Source: Spirochaetota bacterium
Lineage (GTDB): Bacteria > Spirochaetota > UBA4802 > UBA5550
Direction of reading: 5' to 3'
Assembly (NCBI GenBank): GCA_963664815.2
Contig: CAXXHB010000003.1
Coordinates: forward strand, 1,856,001-1,920,000
Length of the DNA: 64,000 nt
Positions 59,119 to 64,000 of the stretch are shown piece by piece (position 1 is the first letter of the stretch; every line of letters starts with the position of its first letter). A model generated the notes under the pieces. That model searched no databases. It was not told the DNA's origin and was given only the letters and a program-made list of their open reading frames with translations. The position numbers and the translations under genes are program-made.

Positions 59119-60333
59119 TTAATGTTCACTGGAACAATACAAGATTTTTTTATTATCTCTGTCATAATATGCTATAAAACGACAGAATCCTTCATTATCA
59201 TAAGCTGTTACCGAAATTTTGAATATTTTGGATTTAACTGTTATTAAATTTTTTAAAACGTCCGGTTCTTTAACGAATTCATTAATCTCATTAATATTCT
59301 TAAATGGTTGAATCTGCCTTTTCCTAATTATTTCTGTCACAACATCTTCAGTCATTTCGTTTGATAATGAAGTTAAAACCCTGAAGCTTGCAGTATTTAT
59401 ATTGATCTTGTTAACTTCATCAGTGAAATCTGATTTATTTCCATAAACTCGTAAATAATTAAATAATGACCTGTCTTTTTCTTTCCCGATTTTTCGTTCT
59501 ATGTTTTCTTTAGAATTCGAGTCTGATTCTTTTTTACTCTCTACAGCAGATAAATTTTCCAACTTGTAAAGAGGTATTTTAACATCTCCCTTATTATCTT
59601 CAACCAGATTTTTTTCCAATCCATGATTTCCTCCTCCAAGTCCATAATAATTTTCAGGAGTTATTAATTTTACCAGAAGCAATTCATCAATACTCTTCAT
59701 TTCATCATTCTGTGCAGAATATGGTGGAGTAAGAGTAAGATAATAATCTGAGGATTCTGCACCATAAGGGAACCTTACATTATCAGGATCAATCCAATCA
59801 ATGATACAATCAGCGATATCGATTGAAAATCCCATATTGCCAAAAAATCTCTGAAGGATTCCATAGTATGGTGTTTTTTCAACAACTTCATTGGCCAAAG
59901 CTGATATATTGATTTTTGAATTTTCATCATCAATTTTTATTTTTACAGTACCACCGGGAAAACTCATTTCCGGGATATCGAGAGCCCATATGTCTTTATA
60001 TGAATCAATATTTCTGTCACTTGAAAGATTAGGCATAAATGATGATGCAAGTCCTAGACGGTCAACATCGAGAATTGCTTTTGCAAATTCATAGCCTGAA
60101 TATGCAAGATATTCAGAACTAATATCAGACTTGAATCTTTTAATATAACTGATATAAATATGAGTCTGATAAAAGAATTCGGATGTAAAAGATACCAGGA
60201 AAGCTGAAATAACTAAAACAATTAATAAAATATATCCTCTGCTGTTAAATATATAACTTAAAACACCATAATGTTCCAATGATACTTTTCGTCCAAAATA
60301 GTTTTTTTTTATATTTAAAATATATTTATTCAT
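59119..60333 (-). CDS. gspK: Type II secretion system minor pseudopilin K
   Basis: RG|YILLIVL, DENSKINI, IIDWIDPD, SIDELLLV, KININTAS..VL. Confidence 0.9.
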   Translation of the reverse strand: MNKYILNIKKNYFGRKVSLEHYGVLSYIFNSRGYILLIVLVISAFLVSFTSEFFYQTHIYISYIKRFKSDISSEYLAYSGYEFAKAILDVDRLGLASSFMPNLSSDRNIDSYKDIWALDIPEMSFPGGTVKIKIDDENSKINISALANEVVEKTPYYGILQRFFGNMGFSIDIADCIIDWIDPDNVRFPYGAESSDYYLTLTPPYSAQNDEMKSIDELLLVKLITPENYYGLGGGNHGLEKNLVEDNKGDVKIPLYKLENLSAVESKKESDSNSKENIERKIGKEKDRSLFNYLRVYGNKSDFTDEVNKININTASFRVLTSLSNEMTEDVVTEIIRKRQIQPFKNINEINEFVKEPDVLKNLITVKSKIFKISVTAYDNEGFCRFIAYYDRDNKKILYCSSEH

Positions 60334-60484
60334 AACTCACATTACATAGTGTAAAGAATTCATATGTATCTTTATTATTTAATGAGTATACCGAACAGAA
60401 CATTACAAGAATTACTGAAGATACTTTTGCGACAACAAGCATTTCTACTAAAGTGAATCCGTTATTATTTCTGTAAGAATGCAT
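60326..60484 (-). pseudogene. gspJ: Truncated / internally deleted gspJ (52-aa mini-pseudopilin), or a genuine mini-pilin
   Basis: ORF MHSYRNNNG|FTLVEMLVVAKVSSVILVMFCSVYSLNNKDTYEFFTLCNVSYE sits between gspI and gspK; its stop overlaps the gspK ATG. Confidence 0.7.
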
Positions 60485-60504
60485 ATAACAATACCACTTA
60501 GGTC

Positions 60505-60897
60505 CTATTTTACCTGATATACCATGTTTAATTTGTAGTTATTCTCGACTCCTTTATACTTCCATTTAATTATTATTGATGTTTTATTTACAATCAGTGG
60601 ACCAAGCATTGGATTATCATATCGTTCACTAATCCTGTCGTAATTAAAATCCGGATAGTTTTTTACTGGTGCATTTTTCATGTCAACACCCTTCATATGC
60701 TCGCTTCTGAATTCATTCATCAGGGATTTTGCTATAATCATAGCGCGTGTATAATTTCTGCTGTTTCCGATAATATTCATTCCGGATGATATTCCTGAAT
60801 AAACACTTAGCAAAATAACAGAAAGAATTGTTACAGCTATCAAAACTTCTATTAAAACAAACCCATAGTTCTTTTTTTTATTTTTGACATATCGCAT
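60505..60897 (-). CDS. gspI: Type II secretion system minor pseudopilin I
   Basis: G|FVLIEVLIAVTILS prepilin motif, 130 aa, follows gspH. Confidence 0.8.
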   Translation of the reverse strand: MRYVKNKKKNYGFVLIEVLIAVTILSVILLSVYSGISSGMNIIGNSRNYTRAMIIAKSLMNEFRSEHMKGVDMKNAPVKNYPDFNYDRISERYDNPMLGPLIVNKTSIIIKWKYKGVENNYKLNMVYQVK

Positions 60898-60908
60898 AAG
60901 ATTATTAA

Positions 60909-61445
60909 TCAGAATTCATTATCCAGTAAAACTTCTTTATTGACCTTATTTTTAGTAATTATAATATTTGTATCTCCGAAAAGAATTTTCAACACGAAAC
61001 TTTCACTTGTCCCATCAGAAAAAAAGGGTATTATAACATTCCCGGAATTAATATTTTTGCCACCATTCAGAGTTACTTCATTTAAATTTAACGAGGTACC
61101 TAATTTTCTACGTTTTAAAATATTATTTTTATTCGGAATAAATTTACCATCATGTAATTCATAAACACTTAAAACATTGGTATCATTATATTCATCATTG
61201 AATAATTCTGAATTTTTATTGCCTGTTTTTGATAACTGAATGCATAAATAATTATTTTTTCTATGAACAAATGAATCATCAGTAACTGCTTCAATATAAG
61301 ATTTGATTATTGATGATTCTTTACGTCCGTTCCCAAAAATACCGGATAATGTCGGCAATGCAATAACACTTATGACAGTAAGAATTGCTATCACAACTAC
61401 CAGTTCAATAAGAGTAAAACCTCTGTTATCATTAAATAAAAACAA
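60909..61445 (-). CDS. gspH: Type II secretion system minor pseudopilin H
   Basis: G|FTLIELVVVIAIL..I...ALP and the GspH/FimT-like IPFFSDGTS motif. Confidence 0.82.
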   Translation of the reverse strand: MFLFNDNRGFTLIELVVVIAILTVISVIALPTLSGIFGNGRKESSIIKSYIEAVTDDSFVHRKNNYLCIQLSKTGNKNSELFNDEYNDTNVLSVYELHDGKFIPNKNNILKRRKLGTSLNLNEVTLNGGKNINSGNVIIPFFSDGTSESFVLKILFGDTNIIITKNKVNKEVLLDNEF

Positions 61446-61448
61446 TAA

Positions 61449-61883
61449 TTATTCCCAGCTGTTTATATCGGCATTAATTCCTTCGCCGCCCTCTTTTCCA
61501 TCTGCACCGAAACTCCAGATTTCAGGACTATCACTAAATTTGCCTGGATATCTGTATTGATAGGGATTATTCCATGGATCCATTAATGTGTCTTTTTTAT
61601 TTTTAAGCAGACCGTCAGAAGATAGTTTTTGCAGACCTTCTTCTGTTGTAGGGTAGGTATTATGATTGAGATAATAGGCATCAAGAGCCGTTTCAAAAGT
61701 CCCGAGATCTGTTTTGGCAGCTGTTATTTTTGTTTTATCCAGTATTCCGGTAAATTTTGATACTGCAAATCCTCCGAGTATTGCAATTATTGTAATTACA
61801 ATCATAAGTTCGAGTAATGTAAAACCCTCATTCTCATCAAGAAAATTTTGAATTTTCATTAATATTTTTCCTATTCGATTCAC
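61449..61883 (-). CDS. gspG: Type II secretion system major pseudopilin G
   Basis: G|FTLLELMIVITII, ALD.Y......YPTTEEGL, DPWNNPYQYRYPG, SFGADGKEGGEG.NADI.SW. Confidence 0.96.
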   Translation of the reverse strand: MNRIGKILMKIQNFLDENEGFTLLELMIVITIIAILGGFAVSKFTGILDKTKITAAKTDLGTFETALDAYYLNHNTYPTTEEGLQKLSSDGLLKNKKDTLMDPWNNPYQYRYPGKFSDSPEIWSFGADGKEGGEGINADINSWE

Positions 61884-61916
61884 AACATCTCTCCTCTTTT
61901 ATAATTAATAAAATTA

Positions 61917-63158
61917 TCACTGAACCATCAGGTTCATCTCCATAATAGGCATCATAACCGAAAGTACTATTACACCAATTATTATCCCCATTATTATAAT
62001 AATTAAAGGTTCAATCATTCCGGTTAGGCTTGTTACTACCATATCTATTTCATTTTCATAGACATTCCCTATATTTAACAACATTTCATCAACCTTGTCG
62101 CTGGCTTCACCTGCAGCAATCATACCTATAACCAGTTTGGGAAGAAATTCATATTTTTTTAAAGATTGTGCTATTGACGCTCCTTCCTGAATATTTTTTA
62201 TTGCATTATCAATTTTTTCTTCAACAACAACATTATTTACAATTTTTTTTACTATTTCAAAAGATTTTAATAGATCCACCTTATTAAGAAGCAAAACACC
62301 AAGATTTAAAGTGAATCTATAAACAATTATTTTATTATATAATCTGCTTACAAGAGGTATTTTCATCAAAATTTCATCAATTTTTTTTCTTCCTTCTTCT
62401 GTTGCTGAGTATTTTTGATAAAAGTAAAAAAATACTGCAATGAATATGGGAATAAGAATCCAGTAATGTGTTAAAAAATTACTTACACCTATTACTATTT
62501 GTGTAGGAATAGGAAGTTCTCTGTTTTGTTCAACGAATATTTCGGAAATTGTCGGAATAATTTTAACCATTAAAAAAATAACAATCAATGAAGAAAAGGT
62601 CAGCATAAAGACAGGATACCATAATGCAGCTCTTATTTTATTTTTAAGGAAGATATTTTTTTCTTCCATTTCAGCCAATCTTGCAATTATCTCATCAAGT
62701 GATCCCAGGTTTTCACCAACTCGTATCATGTTAATATACATTTCAGAAAAAAGCTCTTTATTTTTTGACAGAGCATTTGAAAATGAAGATCCGGCTTCAA
62801 TTTTTTCTTTAACATCAATTATAATATTTTTAAAAATTTTATTATCTATCTGTTCAATAATATCATTAAGTGCAACCATCAATGGCATTCCTGCCTTTAA
62901 AAGAGTGGATAGTTGTCTTGAAAAGAGACCTACCTGTTTTTTTGCGGAATTTTTTCGGATAGATATAAGTATTCTGTCAGATAAATCTTTGAGGTCAAAT
63001 TTCTTATGATCAATATTACCAGTGTCCTGATTTTTTATAGATGTAATATAAAGTCCCGATTTTTTTATTTTTTGCTTTGCCGCGATTTCACTGGGAGCAT
63101 CAATATAATCAGTTACTTCTTCTCCCTTGTTGTTCAGAGCCCTGTAACGATAGAGCAT
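61917..63158 (-). CDS. gspF: Type II secretion system inner-membrane platform protein F
   Basis: YRYRALN..G, FSRQLSTLLKAG.PL, MIRVGE..G.L, ALWYP, MIAAGEAS, IEPLII. Confidence 0.95.
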   Translation of the reverse strand: MLYRYRALNNKGEEVTDYIDAPSEIAAKQKIKKSGLYITSIKNQDTGNIDHKKFDLKDLSDRILISIRKNSAKKQVGLFSRQLSTLLKAGMPLMVALNDIIEQIDNKIFKNIIIDVKEKIEAGSSFSNALSKNKELFSEMYINMIRVGENLGSLDEIIARLAEMEEKNIFLKNKIRAALWYPVFMLTFSSLIVIFLMVKIIPTISEIFVEQNRELPIPTQIVIGVSNFLTHYWILIPIFIAVFFYFYQKYSATEEGRKKIDEILMKIPLVSRLYNKIIVYRFTLNLGVLLLNKVDLLKSFEIVKKIVNNVVVEEKIDNAIKNIQEGASIAQSLKKYEFLPKLVIGMIAAGEASDKVDEMLLNIGNVYENEIDMVVTSLTGMIEPLIIIIMGIIIGVIVLSVMMPIMEMNLMVQ

Positions 63159-63174
63159 ATCCTTTCTCCATTAA

Positions 63175-64000
63175 TCAGCATACTCTTAATACTTCCTCCA
63201 GTGTAGTTAGTCCTCTGGCTGCTTTTTGTACTCCATCTGTCAAAAGTGTGATCATTCCTTCTTTTATCGCCTGTTGCTTAATAGTGGAAGCATCAGCTCC
63301 GGACATCATCATTTTCCTGATGTTATCTGTTACTGTAAGCAGTTCAAATATACCTATCCTTCCGGTATATCCTGTATTAAGACATTTATCGCACCCTTTG
63401 CCCCTGTAAAGATTACCTTTATCAAGCGATGATTTTGTTATTTCTGCGCGATTTAATTCCTGCTGAGTCGGTTTGTACGGAGTTATACAATCCTGACAGA
63501 TCATTCTTACAAGGCGCTGCGCAAGAAAGGCATTTACGGATGAAGAGATAAGATATGGTTCAATTCCCATGTCAATAAGTCTTGTTATTCCTGAAGCAGC
63601 ATCGTTTGTATGGAGTGTAGAGAAAACACGATGCCCTGTTAATGCTGACTGAATGGCAATTTCAGCTGTTTCAAAATCACGGATTTCGCCAATCATTATT
63701 ATATCCGGATCCTGTCTTAGTATAGATCTGAGTCCTGAAGCAAAAGTAAGTCCAATTTTAGGTCTTATCTGCATCTGGCCGATTCCGGGAATCTGGTATT
63801 CTATCGGGTCTTCTACTGTGAGGATATTCACATCATCATGATTTAAACTTGTCAATACACCATATAGTGTTGTGCTTTTACCACTCCCGGTAGGTCCAGT
63901 TACAAGCACTATGCCATGAGTGAGATTTATAAGATTATTAAATCCCTGAAGAACATCTTTTGAAAAACCTATAGAGCTAAGTTCAAAATTCATATCAGAT
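63175..64000 (-). CDS. gspE: Type II secretion system ATPase E (C-terminal part; N-terminus beyond the window)
   Basis: [54 protein letters not shown] zinc motif. Confidence 0.96.
   Translation of the reverse strand, partial: SDMNFELSSIGFSKDVLQGFNNLINLTHGIVLVTGPTGSGKSTTLYGVLTSLNHDDVNILTVEDPIEYQIPGIGQMQIRPKIGLTFASGLRSILRQDPDIIMIGEIRDFETAEIAIQSALTGHRVFSTLHTNDAASGITRLIDMGIEPYLISSSVNAFLAQRLVRMICQDCITPYKPTQQELNRAEITKSSLDKGNLYRGKGCDKCLNTGYTGRIGIFELLTVTDNIRKMMMSGADASTIKQQAIKEGMITLLTDGVQKAARGLTTLEEVLRVC

Overview
A 64 kb chromosomal window from an AT-rich bacterium. It is most likely a Leptospira-related spirochaete; this is an inference from the WG/KWG-repeat protein, the UPF0164/PorV-like protein, the SecA tail and the GpsA fusion. 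The left ~20 kb is accessory and signalling: an MCP, prfC, a tandem HD-GYP protein, a HAD hydrolase, a FlgM-like protein, a PLP aminotransferase, a TlpA + two paralogous outer-membrane proteins + lipoprotein operon, pentapeptide- and WG-repeat proteins, and a TetR + nitronate monooxygenase pair. The remainder is mostly core: rph, hflX, secA, glmM-like, slyD, purL/purQ, nnr, rlmD-like, dnaG-rpoD, a gpsA fusion, folC, an ispH-ubiA fusion and a type II secretion operon (gspE-N, cut by the window end). I saw no rRNA, tRNA, CRISPR array, transposase or prophage gene. The best observations missing from the ORF track are: (1) a candidate Ala/Ile-sensing leader-peptide attenuator, plus a second Ala/Ile-rich uORF, upstream of the aminotransferase; (2) a 52-aa mini-GspJ filling the gspJ slot of the T2SS; (3) a nested REP-like palindromic element. 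Also notable are the uncharacterised four-gene envelope operon and a GpsA fused to an acyltransferase-like domain that lacks its catalytic His. All family calls come from motif recognition by eye; no database search was run.
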